From positions 151,396-215,395 of the forward strand of contig DPGI01000009.1 in the NCBI GenBank assembly GCA_003522085.1: DNA of 64,000 nucleotides, in the 5' to 3' direction. Made by a program: the position numbers and the translations under genes. Of the stretch, positions 17,862 to 28,800 are shown piece after piece; the stretch's first letter is position 1, and the number at the start of each line of letters is the position of its first letter. The notes under the pieces were generated by a model, which searched no databases, was not told the DNA's origin, and saw nothing but the letters and a program-made list of their open reading frames with translations. Source of the DNA: Clostridiales bacterium (GTDB taxonomy: Bacteria > Bacillota > Clostridia > Christensenellales > UBA1242).

Positions 17862-19594
17862 TTAGAAAACTTTTAGAACAAAAACTTAATAATGCTGCTA
17901 AAACTGAAAACCTGCCACAATCGTTTTCAGTTTCTTTTTCGGGCATACCTGCAATGTGCGACTTTCAAAGCAACTCATGCTTTGTTTTGGCAAAACAACT
18001 TCATGCAAACCCACTTGATATAGCGCAAAAAATTGTTGCAAATCTTCAAAATGACGAAGATTTTGTTTTTGAAGCAGTTCGACCTGCATTTATCAACATT
18101 AAACTCACAGATAAGGGTATAAACAAACTTGCGCAAGATATTAAACTTGACAAAGTTGGTCGCATTGGCGATGGCAAGCGCATATATCTTGACTACGGCG
18201 GGCCAAACTGTGGCAAAGCGATGCACATTGGGCATATGCGCTCGTTTAATATTGGTGAAGCATTTAAACGCCTTTACAAAAAACTTGGCTACGACGTTAT
18301 CAGCGACATTTTCTTGGGCGACTGGGGAATGCCAATGGGACTGATTATGGCTATGCTTGAAAAAGAAGGAACGCTTGATGATTACATAGCGGGCAAATTG
18401 CCACTTACCCTTGATGTGATGAATGTGGCATATCCAAAAGCAAGCAAATTAAAGTCAGAAGACGAAAAGTTTAAGGCGCGCGCCGAAGAGATTACTTTGC
18501 TTTTCCAACACAAAACACAACCTTATTTTGATTTTTGGAAGAGACTTCGAAATACATCGGTTTCGGCAATCAAACAAGTTTGCAAAATGCTTAACATAAG
18601 CTTTGACCTTTGGAACGGCGAAAGCACTGCAAATGAATATATCCCGGAGGTGCTTAAAATATTTAGAGAGAAAAATCTCGTTCGTCAAAGCCAAGGTGCA
18701 CTTGTTGTTGACGTGGCACAAGAAGGGGAACAAATTCCTATTCCAAAAAAATCGCCAGACGAAGTTCAGAGATATGAAAATCCTATGCCACCACTTATTT
18801 TGCAAAAGTCAAATGGTGGGGATATGTATGCAACAAGCGACGTTGCAACTATATATTTAAGAAATAAACTTTATCACCCGGACGCTATTCACTATTTCAG
18901 TGACGCAAGACAAAATCAACATTTTACGCAAGTTTTTAGAGCCTGCAAAATGGCGGGCATATCGCCCGAAAATCAGCAACTTTGGCACACTGGCTTCGGG
19001 ACGGTCAACGGCAAGGACGGCAAGGCTTTAAAGACGCGTGATGGCAATAATATGCAACTTCTTGACCTTATGAACATGCTTTATTCTAAGGCTGAAGAAA
19101 AGTTGATTGCAAACGGAACAGAATATGACGAAAACCTTAAACGCCAAATAGGCAATGCCGCTTTAAAGTTTGTTGACCTTTCAAGTAATGTTGAAAAAGA
19201 TTATAACTTTGATATTGACCGCGTGCTTGCCTTTGAAGGGAAAACAGGCCCATACATTCAATACACCGCTTGCAGAATTAAATCTATTTTAAACAAGGCG
19301 GGAGAGTTTGAAGAAAACTTTAACCTTTTGCCAGAACACAGAAAAGTTATTTTGGCGCTGAACAAACTTCAATCAAGTTATGCTTTGAGTTTTGAAGAAA
19401 AAAGTCTAAACAGCATTTGCACAAGCCTTTACGAAGCAGCAAGCGAATTTGCAAGTTTTTACAACACTTGCCATGTCCTTTCTGAACCAGATTTGCAAAA
19501 GCGTTCGGCACATCTTACACTTTTAAAACTTACGCTTGACGCGCTTACAAGAGGCGCAGATATTCTTGGAATTGAAATTCCACAAAAAATGTAG
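17858..19594 (+). CDS. argS: arginine--tRNA ligase
   Basis: 578 aa; class I HIGH-type motif (MHIGHMRS); TTG start overlapping the recR stop. Confidence 0.93.
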   Translation: MIRKLLEQKLNNAAKTENLPQSFSVSFSGIPAMCDFQSNSCFVLAKQLHANPLDIAQKIVANLQNDEDFVFEAVRPAFINIKLTDKGINKLAQDIKLDKVGRIGDGKRIYLDYGGPNCGKAMHIGHMRSFNIGEAFKRLYKKLGYDVISDIFLGDWGMPMGLIMAMLEKEGTLDDYIAGKLPLTLDVMNVAYPKASKLKSEDEKFKARAEEITLLFQHKTQPYFDFWKRLRNTSVSAIKQVCKMLNISFDLWNGESTANEYIPEVLKIFREKNLVRQSQGALVVDVAQEGEQIPIPKKSPDEVQRYENPMPPLILQKSNGGDMYATSDVATIYLRNKLYHPDAIHYFSDARQNQHFTQVFRACKMAGISPENQQLWHTGFGTVNGKDGKALKTRDGNNMQLLDLMNMLYSKAEEKLIANGTEYDENLKRQIGNAALKFVDLSSNVEKDYNFDIDRVLAFEGKTGPYIQYTACRIKSILNKAGEFEENFNLLPEHRKVILALNKLQSSYALSFEEKSLNSICTSLYEAASEFASFYNTCHVLSEPDLQKRSAHLTLLKLTLDALTRGADILGIEIPQKM

Positions 19595-19646
19595 ATCCCT
19601 TTAAAATAAAGAGAGAAAAATATTTTAATTATTTTTTAAAAAGGTA

Positions 19647-19675
19647 TTTACAAATCAAATTTTTTATGATATTAT
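19647..19675 (+). promoter_or_regulatory. promoter of the 40-codon small ORF
   Basis: TTTACA(19647-19652), 17 nt, TGaTATTAT(19670-19675). Confidence 0.5.
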
Positions 19676-19698
19676 CTAGGTATCAATAGGAGGTAGAC

Positions 19699-19821
19699 AT
19701 GCCAGTTTATACATTAAGAATTCCAAAAGAAATGAATATTGTAAGTTACAATCCTGTTCAAGCAGGCAAGACAAAAGAAGCGTCAATCGGCAAAGTTGCA
19801 GAAAAGGGTCTTGAATTATAA
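19699..19821 (+). CDS. small ORF (40 aa), unknown function
   Basis: MPVYTLRIPKEMNIVSYNPVQAGKTKEASIGKVAEKGLEL; AGGAGG SD 5 nt upstream; own promoter and terminator; below the ORF-track size cutoff. Confidence 0.4.
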   Translation: MPVYTLRIPKEMNIVSYNPVQAGKTKEASIGKVAEKGLEL

Positions 19822-19838
19822 TATATAATTTTTTCTTT

Positions 19839-19863
19839 AAACGAGCGTTTTGCTCGTTTTTTT
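19839..19863 (+). terminator. rho-independent terminator
   Basis: acgagcgttttgctcgt hairpin followed by a T-run. Confidence 0.75.
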
Positions 19864-19924
19864 ATGTCATTTTGTTTGCTAAACAATGTTTTGTTGTGCT
19901 AAAATAAAATAAGTGGAGAGAAAA

Positions 19925-20212
19925 ATGCAACAATTTATTTACCCAGCAATTTTTTATATCGACGAAGACGAAACAAAAGTCTACTTTCCAGACCTTGACA
20001 TTTCAACCTCGGGAGACAATTATGACGAGGCCTTTTTGTTTGCAAAAGAACTTTTGAAAGTCTATTTTCTTTACGCAATCTCAAATGATTTGGACTTTAA
20101 TTTCCCTTCAAGTTTCAACGACATCAAAAACAAATGCACAGGCAAAGAAGTTCCGCTTTTGATTGATACGGTCATTGCACCAGCCGACATCAAAGCATTT
20201 AAAAAAAGTTAA
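19925..20212 (+). CDS. HicB-like (UPF0150) antitoxin-fold protein, orphan
   Basis: YPAIFYIDEDETKVYFPDLDISTSGDNYDEAFLFAKELL matches the YPa.f...dg...v.fPDl.g..t.G.t.eEA signature; ATG at 19925 follows a GGAGAG SD. Confidence 0.65.
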   Translation: MQQFIYPAIFYIDEDETKVYFPDLDISTSGDNYDEAFLFAKELLKVYFLYAISNDLDFNFPSSFNDIKNKCTGKEVPLLIDTVIAPADIKAFKKS

Positions 20213-20231
20213 GTTTTTGCTCGCTTTTCTC

Positions 20232-20260
20232 TTGACATAAAAACATGGTTATGTTAAAAT
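20232..20260 (+). promoter_or_regulatory. candidate promoter of rpmG-secE-nusG
   Basis: TTGACA(20232-20237), 17 nt, TAAAAT(20255-20260) with TG upstream. Confidence 0.5.
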
Positions 20261-20262
20261 AC

Positions 20263-20295
20263 ACTAACACTTCCAATTGGGGTGTTAGTTTTTTG
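20263..20295 (+). terminator. strong terminator-like hairpin between the candidate promoter and rpmG
   Basis: actaacacttcc / ggggtgttagt stem (two G-U pairs), loop aatt, then T-run. Confidence 0.6.
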
Positions 20296-20311
20296 TTAGG
20301 AGAAAATAATT

Positions 20312-20473
20312 ATGGCAGCACCAAAACGTAAAGATATCACTCTTGCATGCACAGAATGCCAAGAGAGAAACTATGCTACATCAAAGAACAGCACTGCAAA
20401 TCCTGAAAGAATTGAAATCAAAAAATTCTGCCCAAGATGCGGAAAAAGAACTGTTCATAAAGAAACAAAATAA
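20312..20473 (+). CDS. rpmG: 50S ribosomal protein L33
   Basis: 53 aa, not in the ORF track: [53 protein letters not shown]; SD AGGAGA. Confidence 0.9.
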   Translation: MAAPKRKDITLACTECQERNYATSKNSTANPERIEIKKFCPRCGKRTVHKETK

Positions 20474-20493
20474 TTTTAAGCAGGAGAGAGAAT

Positions 20494-20883
20494 ATGTCTA
20501 AGAAAAAAAACTTAGAACAAGAAGTTTTAATTTCTGAAACTGAAGAAACCACAGACGCTGTTGTTGTTACTGACGAGAGCGAAGTTAAGCCTGCAAAAGA
20601 AGAAGAAGAAAAAGTTTCGAAAAACAGCAAGCAAGAAAACAAGTCGAAAGATGACAAATCTAAAAACAAAAAAGACAAAAAGCCTAAAGAAAAAGGCAAG
20701 TTTAAACGCAAAGCCAGAGAAACAATGAGCGAACTTAAAAAAGTTACTTGGCCAAGTTTTGGTGAAGTTTGCAAAAAGACGGGAATTGTTTTGTCAGTAG
20801 TTGTTGTGTTTGGTTTGGTTTTGTTTGGACTTGATGCCCTTCTCGGATTTTTGTTTGGTCTTTTGACTAAGGGAGGAAAATAG
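20494..20883 (+). CDS. secE: preprotein translocase subunit SecE with a long K/E-rich N-terminal extension
   Basis: C-terminal RETMSELKKVTWPSFGEVCKKTGIVLSVVVVFGLVLFGLD is the SecE TM core; position between rpmG and nusG. Confidence 0.85.
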   Translation: MSKKKNLEQEVLISETEETTDAVVVTDESEVKPAKEEEEKVSKNSKQENKSKDDKSKNKKDKKPKEKGKFKRKARETMSELKKVTWPSFGEVCKKTGIVLSVVVVFGLVLFGLDALLGFLFGLLTKGGK

Positions 20884-21495
20884 ATGGAAGAAAACGAAGT
20901 TTTTGATGAACAAACACCAGTTGAAGAAAATGCAACAGAAGTTGTAGAAGACAAAATTGCAGATCCATCAAAATCTAAAGATGCAAAATGGTATGCTCTT
21001 CACACATTTTCAGGTTATGAAAACGTAGCAAAAGAAAACCTTGAAACAGTTGTTACAAAATTTGGGCTTCAAAATCGTATTTTTGACATTATTATTCCTA
21101 TGGAAAGTGTTGTCGAAGAAAAAAATGGCAAGAAAAAACTTGTAGAGCGCAAAAGTATGCCATGCTACATCTTTGTAAAGATGATTTATGGCGATGACCT
21201 TTGGCACAATGTTACAAGAACACGTGGCATTACAGGTTTTGTAGGACCAAACGGACGTCCTCTTGCGCTTACTGAAGAAGAAGTAAGAAAGAATAAACTT
21301 GAAAAAATTAAAGTTGAAGCAAATCTTCAAATTGGCGACAAAATTGAAGTTATCGATGGACCTTTGGAAGGAACAATCGGACAAGTTCAATCTGTTGACG
21401 CTGAAAACGGCATTGCAACTGTTTTGGTTGAAATGTTTGGAAGAGAAGCTCCGGTTGACCTTGATTACACTCAAATGAGAAAAATCGAACTTTAA
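20884..21495 (+). CDS. nusG: transcription termination/antitermination factor NusG
   Basis: KWYALHTFSGYENVAKENL NGN domain and a C-terminal KOW (GDKIEVIDGPLEGTIGQV). Confidence 0.95.
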   Translation: MEENEVFDEQTPVEENATEVVEDKIADPSKSKDAKWYALHTFSGYENVAKENLETVVTKFGLQNRIFDIIIPMESVVEEKNGKKKLVERKSMPCYIFVKMIYGDDLWHNVTRTRGITGFVGPNGRPLALTEEEVRKNKLEKIKVEANLQIGDKIEVIDGPLEGTIGQVQSVDAENGIATVLVEMFGREAPVDLDYTQMRKIEL

Positions 21496-21617
21496 TCCAA
21501 AACAAATTTGGTATTTCGCAAGCATCGCTTGCTTTAAATACACAAAGGCACAGCCTTTGATTAAAAATGTGGCAGAGCGCGCTGCAACCGCTCAAAACGA
21601 CCACAAAGGAGGATAAA

Positions 21618-22049
21618 ATGGCAGCAGTAAAAAAGATTGGCGCAGTTGTTAAACTTCAACTCCCAGCCGGTAAAGCCACACCTGGACCTCCAGTAGGATC
21701 ATCACTTGGTCCTCATGGAATCAACATCGCGGCATTTACCAAAGAATTCAACGAGAAGACAGCTTCTCAAGCGGGCTTGATCATCCCAGTAGTTATCACT
21801 ATCTACCAAGACAGATCATTTACTTTCGTTTTGAAAACCCCACCTGCAGCAGTTCTTATTAAGAAAGCTTTAGGTCTTGACAAGGGTTCAGCAAAACCAA
21901 ACAAAACAAAAGTCGGAAATCTCACAAAAGCACAAGTTCGTGAAATTGCAGAGCAAAAAATGCCTGACCTCAACGCTGCAAGCATTGAAGCAGCTATGAG
22001 CATGATCGAAGGTGCTGCACGCAGCATGGGCGTTACAATCAGCGAATAA
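21618..22049 (+). CDS. rplK: 50S ribosomal protein L11
   Basis: [37 protein letters not shown]; AGGAGG SD before the ATG at 21618. Confidence 0.96.
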   Translation: MAAVKKIGAVVKLQLPAGKATPGPPVGSSLGPHGINIAAFTKEFNEKTASQAGLIIPVVITIYQDRSFTFVLKTPPAAVLIKKALGLDKGSAKPNKTKVGNLTKAQVREIAEQKMPDLNAASIEAAMSMIEGAARSMGVTISE

Positions 22050-22060
22050 GGAGAAGGAAA

Positions 22061-22744
22061 ATGAGAAAAGGTAAAAGAATGACTCTTGCTCTTTCTACTT
22101 ATGACAAAACAAACGCTTATACTGTAAGCGAAGCATTTGATCATATGCTTGAAACTGCAAAAGCTAAATTTGATGAAACAGTTGAACTCCACGTTAAACT
22201 TGGCGTAGACGGAAGAAACGCTGACCAACAAGTAAGAGGCGTTGTTGTTCTTCCTCACGGAACAGGAAAAAGCGTTAGAGTGTTAGTAATCGCAAAAGGT
22301 GACAAAGCTGATGAAGCTCTTGCCGCTGGTGCTGACTTTGTTGGCGCTGAAGAAATGGTTGCAAAAATCCAAGGTGGATGGCTTGATTTTGATGTCTGCA
22401 TCACAACACCTGATATGATGGGCGTTGTAGGCCGTGTAGCTAGAGTTCTCGGACCTAAAGGCTTGATGCCAAACCCAAAGAGCGGAACAGTTACTATGGA
22501 CGTTAAAAAGGCTATTAACGACGTTAAAGCTGGTAAAGTTGAATACAGACTTGACAAAACAAACAACGTTCACGTTATCCTTGGTAAAGTAAGCTTTGGA
22601 AAAGATAAACTTGTTGAAAACTATCAAACAATCATTGAAGCATTGCAAAAAGCTAAACCAGCTGCAGCAAAAGGACAATATTTCAAAAATATTTCAATTT
22701 GCTCAAGCATGGGCCCTGGCGTAAAAATTGTTTCTATTGGATAA
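22061..22744 (+). CDS. rplA: 50S ribosomal protein L1
   Basis: 227 aa; [34 protein letters not shown] typical of L1. Confidence 0.96.
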   Translation: MRKGKRMTLALSTYDKTNAYTVSEAFDHMLETAKAKFDETVELHVKLGVDGRNADQQVRGVVVLPHGTGKSVRVLVIAKGDKADEALAAGADFVGAEEMVAKIQGGWLDFDVCITTPDMMGVVGRVARVLGPKGLMPNPKSGTVTMDVKKAINDVKAGKVEYRLDKTNNVHVILGKVSFGKDKLVENYQTIIEALQKAKPAAAKGQYFKNISICSSMGPGVKIVSIG

Positions 22745-22759
22745 GATAATTTTTAAATA

Positions 22760-22790
22760 AAAAACACCTTACAATGTAAAGTGTTTTTTT
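22760..22790 (+). terminator. terminator after rplA
   Basis: acaccttac/gtaaagtgt hairpin followed by T7. Confidence 0.7.
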
Positions 22791-22845
22791 ATGTTTGTTT
22801 ATTTGACAAAAACCCAGCAATAAAAATTTTACAAATGAAACAATA

Positions 22846-22881
22846 AGAAAAAAACCGACTAAGCTCAAAGTCGGTTTTTTG
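22846..22881. terminator. bidirectional terminator that closes the giant minus-strand gene
   Basis: ccgact...agtcgg hairpin flanked by A7 and T6. Confidence 0.75.
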
Positions 22882-22891
22882 TTTGATTAGA

Positions 22892-25800
22892 TTATTTTAC
22901 TTTAATCTTCTTTCTAAGTTTGATGATTACAACAACAACGATTATTGCTCCAACTGCGCCGATGCAGATTGCTGCGATGGCCCATGCGTTGAGAGGTTCG
23001 TTTTTGATTACTTTATAACTATAAAGCAAGTTGCCACTTGTTGATCTGACTGTAATAAAGTAAGTTCCGGTTGTTGAGATTGGTTGTGTAACTGTGCCGA
23101 TAGTTGCGATTGTGTCTGCATTGATTTCAAATTGTTGAGAACCAATGGTGATTACGCATTCACCGACTGCTTCAAATACTCTTTCAGCGTTGAATGATAC
23201 GTCGATGTTTTTGCTTGTTGCTTCACCTTCTGTCACTGAAACTGAAATTGGAACTGTGCTGGTGTTTACCCAGTAACTAAAACTAAAATCAGTTGTAGCA
23301 GTGTAGTCGGTGCGGTTTAACGCTTTTGTTGTGCAGATTGTAATTGTGTATCTTCCAACACCGGTCAAACTGTCTAAGAATGATGTTGTAAAGTGTTTCA
23401 AATATTCTTTGTTGTTTATGATTACGGTTTGATAAACATCTTTGAACGCTTGTTTAAGTTGTCCGTTTTCATCTCTTGTGATGTCGCCAAGGTTGTCTTT
23501 AACGATTGACTTGATGTAGTAACCATCAAATGGCGCGTATTCAAATGAATATCTAGATTCTTCAGGGTTTACGATTGTGAAGTTGTAAATTTCTTCTCTG
23601 ATTGGCACGCCAGTTGTGCTTGTTGCTGAGAAGTAAACACTGTAATATCCAGGCATTTCAAAAGTGAAGGTCTTTGTTGTTGCATTAAATTTGAAGTCGG
23701 TGAATTCTTGTCCATTTCGTGTTGCTGTGATCATGCTTTGACCACTTCCGACAGATTGTGCCGTATAGTATTCTTCGGTTTTTAACAGTGTTAATTCAAC
23801 TTTTTTGTTAAACACGCCTTTTTGAATAGGGTCTGTTGTGTGGGTTACGCCGTCTGTGTCTGTGTAAGTCATTGTAAAGGCTACATCTTTTAAGAATATC
23901 AATTTAAGAGTTCCAGACGCTTGTGATGTTCCTGCTGCAAACACTTGTCTGTTTCCTGCAATATCTGAAAGTGAAATTGTGTATGTTCCAGATGTTGTAA
24001 GTTCGACATATCTGTAAGTTTTGTTTGCTTTTCCGCTTTCTGATGAAACTATTTCTTCGGTTTTTGTTTCGATAGGGTAAGCAACACCATCTTTAAGAAT
24101 TGAAATTTTAATAAGGTTGTTTGCGATGCCGTATGAGTTGGAGAAGATAAGTTTTACAGAACTTAATGCAGAATCATTTTTGTCAGCCGCTGCAGTGATG
24201 CTGCTTGATGTAAGCATATCTATTTGGTCGGCTGAGTTGAATGTAAAGTATGCTTCGCTTACAGGTTGTGATGTAGGAGGGATGAAGGTGATGAAGACTG
24301 TTCTGTTAAATGGGCTAGTTCCCGGTTTAACGGTTTCGGTTTCGCTGTAGTTGTAAACGCGATATCCGATTGTAAACACGCCTTCGCCTTCGGCTTCTTT
24401 AATAGAAGTTGGTTGAACTTTAACGTTTTGATAATTGTTTGGAACAATTTGAACAAGTGAAGCTGATGTGTTGTAGTTTACGTTTACTATGTAGTATTCA
24501 GAATATTCTGTTCCTCTGTAGTAATAGTAAGAACCTGCTTTTTCAACTTGTTTTCCATTGTTTGTTACGCGATAGAATTCGGTTGCAGAATCAAGTATTT
24601 CAAGTTTGTAAAGACTGTATTCGTTGGTCAATACTGAATCATAACTGATTAAGAAGTAATAAACTCCGCTTTCAGTAAATGATGTTCCGCTCTTTACAAC
24701 TGTCCAGCCGCTGCTTTCACCACCTTCTTTATAGTAGTATGCGGTGAATGGATAGTCAAACGATTCAGAATTTGAATATGTGAATGTAACTGAACTTGCA
24801 AATGTTGAGCCTGAACGTGAAATTGTATATACGCGATTGTTGATTGTGATTCTTTGAACGGTTGTGTCGGTAAGTGTTGCATCTGTGATGTTTTCGCCAT
24901 AGTTATCACTAAGTTTAAAGTATGATTCAAGTGTTTCATCTGTTTGTGGAAGCATATTGTAAATGTGGAAGTAAACCGTTTTTACATATTTGCTGTCGTC
25001 AACGTTGTTTGGCGAGTCTTCGTCATATTCATAAACGTCGATCTTGTATTTGTTGTTGATAAGTCCGCCGCTAGGGTTTGAGAATGTCATCGTTGTAAGA
25101 TTTACTCTTGAGTAACCATATTCGGTGGTTGGCGCCCAAACGTTTCCGTCCCATTTAAACACTTTCAAAGTGTGAACAGTGTCGTTGTATGAGAATCTTA
25201 AATCAACAGGGCTGATGTAATATGTTTGCGCTTCGTGTCCGGTCGTTGCGTCGTTGATAAGTGCTGTATACATATTGCCTGAGCTTTCGATTTCGTTGTA
25301 AAGGTTTTGCCCATAAACGTGAACGATTTTTGTTGTGTTTCCAAAGTTGTCAACGATTTCATATTTAATCTTTGAGTTTGGATTTGGAAGAGTGATGAAT
25401 GTGAAGTTAAGTCTTGAAAGTGTTTGATCGGCAGTTGCTACGATTGTGTCGTTGTCGTATTTGCTCCAATTTGCAAGATAAGCATAACTTGAATTCAGGT
25501 TTGCAAGAGTATTTGGATCATTTTGTGCCGAGTAAACTTGATTTCCGTTGTAAACGGTAACTTTAACAGGATATACACTGTTTGAATAGCCAATCGAAAT
25601 GTATTCTTGTGCAGTTGAATCTGCAAGGTAAGTGTTGAGTGATGCGCCGTCAAGCAACGTCAATTTGATGTTTGCAAATGATCCATCTGCGGCGTTTGAA
25701 ATAGCAATATTGATTGGCGTGGTTGAAGAACTAAACGAAGCGAAAATTGCATTGAGAGAAACGATTTCTGCGTTTTGTCCAGCAAGTCTGTATGCTTGTC

Positions 25801-28800
25801 CGTTTTCAAGCCATGGGGTTAACATATAAAGTGAACCGTTGATGTTAAGTTCAAGCCATCTGTCACCCATAAAGTTGAGTTTTTCAACAGAGAATGTTGT
25901 TGAAGAATAGATGTTGAGAAGATTTGTAAGTATTTGCTTATCAAATACATATTTGTCGGTTTTGCCGTCGGTGTAGTGCAGGCCTTGTGAAAATTCTTGT
26001 ATTTCGTTTCCTTGGTCATCGATTGTATCTGTCATGCCTTCTGCGGCTGTATATTTGTGAACGAGATAGATTGTCAGGTTTCCAGCAAGATCTTGTTCTA
26101 CAATTTCAAAATATCCAGACTCTTGAGTTGGAGTTCCGTTTACGATTTCGTTGTATTTTGATGCAGCAAAGTTGTCATAACTTGTTTCAGTGAATGTTCC
26201 TGAATATGGATCTTCATTAAGAAGTTTATAGTATGCTGCGATTGTATCGCCACGATAGTTTGCGCCAAGTGTGTTGTTGGTTTCAACCATAGTTTTGAGA
26301 GCAGTGAAGAAATCGTCAGAAACTTGATAAGCATAATATTTTAAGTAGCCAACATTTTTTGAAATGTTGTATGCGGCTTCGTCTGCTGTTTTAACAGATT
26401 TGCCTTCGATGTTGTAATAATTTCTAAGATTTGATTCATCAAGTGGGATAGCATCGTTTGTGAATGCTGAAAGCTTTGCAATAAGCGATCCAACTGTTTC
26501 GTAAGATGCTTTTTTGTCGATCACAATAGTTTTTGTTGTTTTTTGATAGTATTCATCATTGTGACCTTCGAATTGCATTGTGAGTGAGAATTTGTCATCG
26601 TTGCTGTAAATGCCTAATTTGTCAAAGTTTACAGCAAGATAATTCATTTTGCCTGATCTAGTAAATTCAAGTGCAGACACAAGGGTCGCGTTAGAATTTT
26701 CTGTTGTTATTTCATATCCGCCGTTTGCTGCAGTCGTGATTGAAATTATGTCAGAGAATTGATTTTGCGACTTTGTGATTGTTACTTCAATTTTTGTTTT
26801 ATCAATTTTTGCAATGTAACGATCGTCAGTGTCTTCTTTCCATGAAATGGTTGCTGATTTTTCATTTGTGTAATAGTTTGCTTGGTCAAGAGTGTTAAGT
26901 TCTTTTCCTGATGCGCTGATGTTAAACTCAGGGGTAGATGATTCGATTGTAAAAGCAAACTTATAATTTTTACGGAAGTTGTTTGTTGAGTTTGAGTCTG
27001 AATAGTAGCCTTGAGTGATAGTTACAATGTATGACCCTGGTTTTGAGAAGTTTTTAACAGCGGCGCCGTTGCTGTCGACAAATGCCAAGAATCCATTTTC
27101 TCCAGCGGTTGAAGTATAAACTTCAGTTTCAGATGCGCCTGTTGCAAGAAATTCGATTGATGCAACAATTTGATAAGGAGTGATAATTGATGTTTGTCTA
27201 AAGTTTTCGTCATTATCAAAATAAGTAAGGTCGTTGTTTAAAATGTTTTTGATGAAAACTTGTTCGTCTGCATCAATGTCGTCTTCGTTAGTTATTGTAT
27301 ATTTCACTTCAGGGATATATAATTTTACAGGAAGTTTGTTTGTCTTTAATGAAGTTGTAACGCTTGTGTCGTTGTCGCTCCAGTTATTGTTGTTTGCGGT
27401 ATACAAGCTGTCACCTGAGTTGATTCCGTTGTTGTAATAAGGGAAAGATACTGAAATAACACCTTCTGGCAAGTTTTTGTCGTCATACATGTTAATCAAG
27501 ATGTCGCCGCCAATGATACTTTCAAGTGATGGGCCAACAGAAACGTTAGTCGTTGCGGATTCTGAAAGAGTCACATCAGGTATTAAAAGCTTGAAGTTAA
27601 AGTCTTTGCTTACATTGTTTTCGAATATTGCAAAAACCTGATAGTCGTTAACACCAAACATTTCGATTGGTCTGATTCCCCCATCTGTTATCTCGCAGTT
27701 GGCATCGCTTATTTTTGGTGAGCCATCAGCAGGGGTAATAATTACAATATTGCCGTAAGTTTGTGCCGTGTAAGCAGTGGTTGTTCCGCCATTTATTGTG
27801 TATTCTTTTTTGATGCTTTCAGCGCTGATTGTTTCTGGAGCGGTGATTACGCCATATCGGTCAACAATCGCGGTGAGTTTTCTTTCGAAATAGTCGAAGA
27901 TGTCGATTGTGTATCCTTCGCCTGTTTTGTAAGTTCTTGTAAGAATATATTTTCCGGCTACTGTGATTTCTTTGTCGATGTTGATTTCTTTTTCGACAAT
28001 CGATTCATTTGCTCCGTCAATGCTTAAATCATATATAACATTTTCGAAAAGTGGGTTAGTAGAAAGTGTTTTATAGAATGCAAAGTATGGAGTTTTGTTT
28101 GCGTCAAGTTTTGTGACTACTTTGGTTTCGTATGGATAGAATGACAATGTTACTTTGTCAACCTGTGTGATTGTGCTGCTTCCTGCATTTCCAATGGTTG
28201 GTTGGAATGAAACATAAAGCTTTTTATCAACTGAAGTAGGGTTGAAGTAACTTGATTTTTTGTTGTAGCCAGTTGGGTTTCCGTCTTCTAATATTTCATC
28301 GATTCTAGCAAATGAAGCATCTGTAAGTGTTGTTTGCAAGGTGCTGTCTTCTTTGTAGTAAACTTGCATTTGTGAAGAATCGCTTGTCACTCTGATATAT
28401 TGGAAACTTGAAGCATAGCGAAGGAATTTTTGATCTTGTGAAAGGTGTGCGCCTTTTGTGTTTGATGCGTCTCTGATGTAGAATATATATGTTCCTTCCA
28501 TGTCAACAAAAGGCATTTTTGATGCGGCTTTTCCGTTGATGTAGCATACGCCGTTTGTGATTGTTGCTGTTACACTTTCGCCTTTAAGTGAAGTAAGTGA
28601 AAGTGAACCAGATTGTCCGTAATAATATTGATAGCCAGTTTCGGTTGCCAGCATATAAATATCAGCTGAGTATAAGATGTTTCCATCTATGTAAGTTATG
28701 CCGCCACTTTGAGTAGCGTCAACAAGTTCTCTTTCGCCTGATTCACCGGCAGTCATTGTGAGATATTGTGATGCGTTTGAAGTTGAAAGATAATATTTTA

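Noticed and set aside
19699-20212. HicA-HicB toxin-antitoxin pair (small ORF plus HicB-like gene)
   Set aside because: The 40-aa ORF has no HicA-like sequence and has its own terminator before the HicB-like gene. The HicB-like protein is therefore treated as an orphan.
20418-21543. 178-aa and 177-aa minus-strand ORFs antisense to secE and nusG
   Set aside because: They are shadow ORFs of conserved plus-strand genes.
21496-21617. L1-binding regulatory leader upstream of rplK
   Set aside because: There is a 120-nt leader containing one small hairpin (gcaagc-atc-gcttgc), but I cannot identify the L1-stalk mimic by eye. It needs a covariance-model search.
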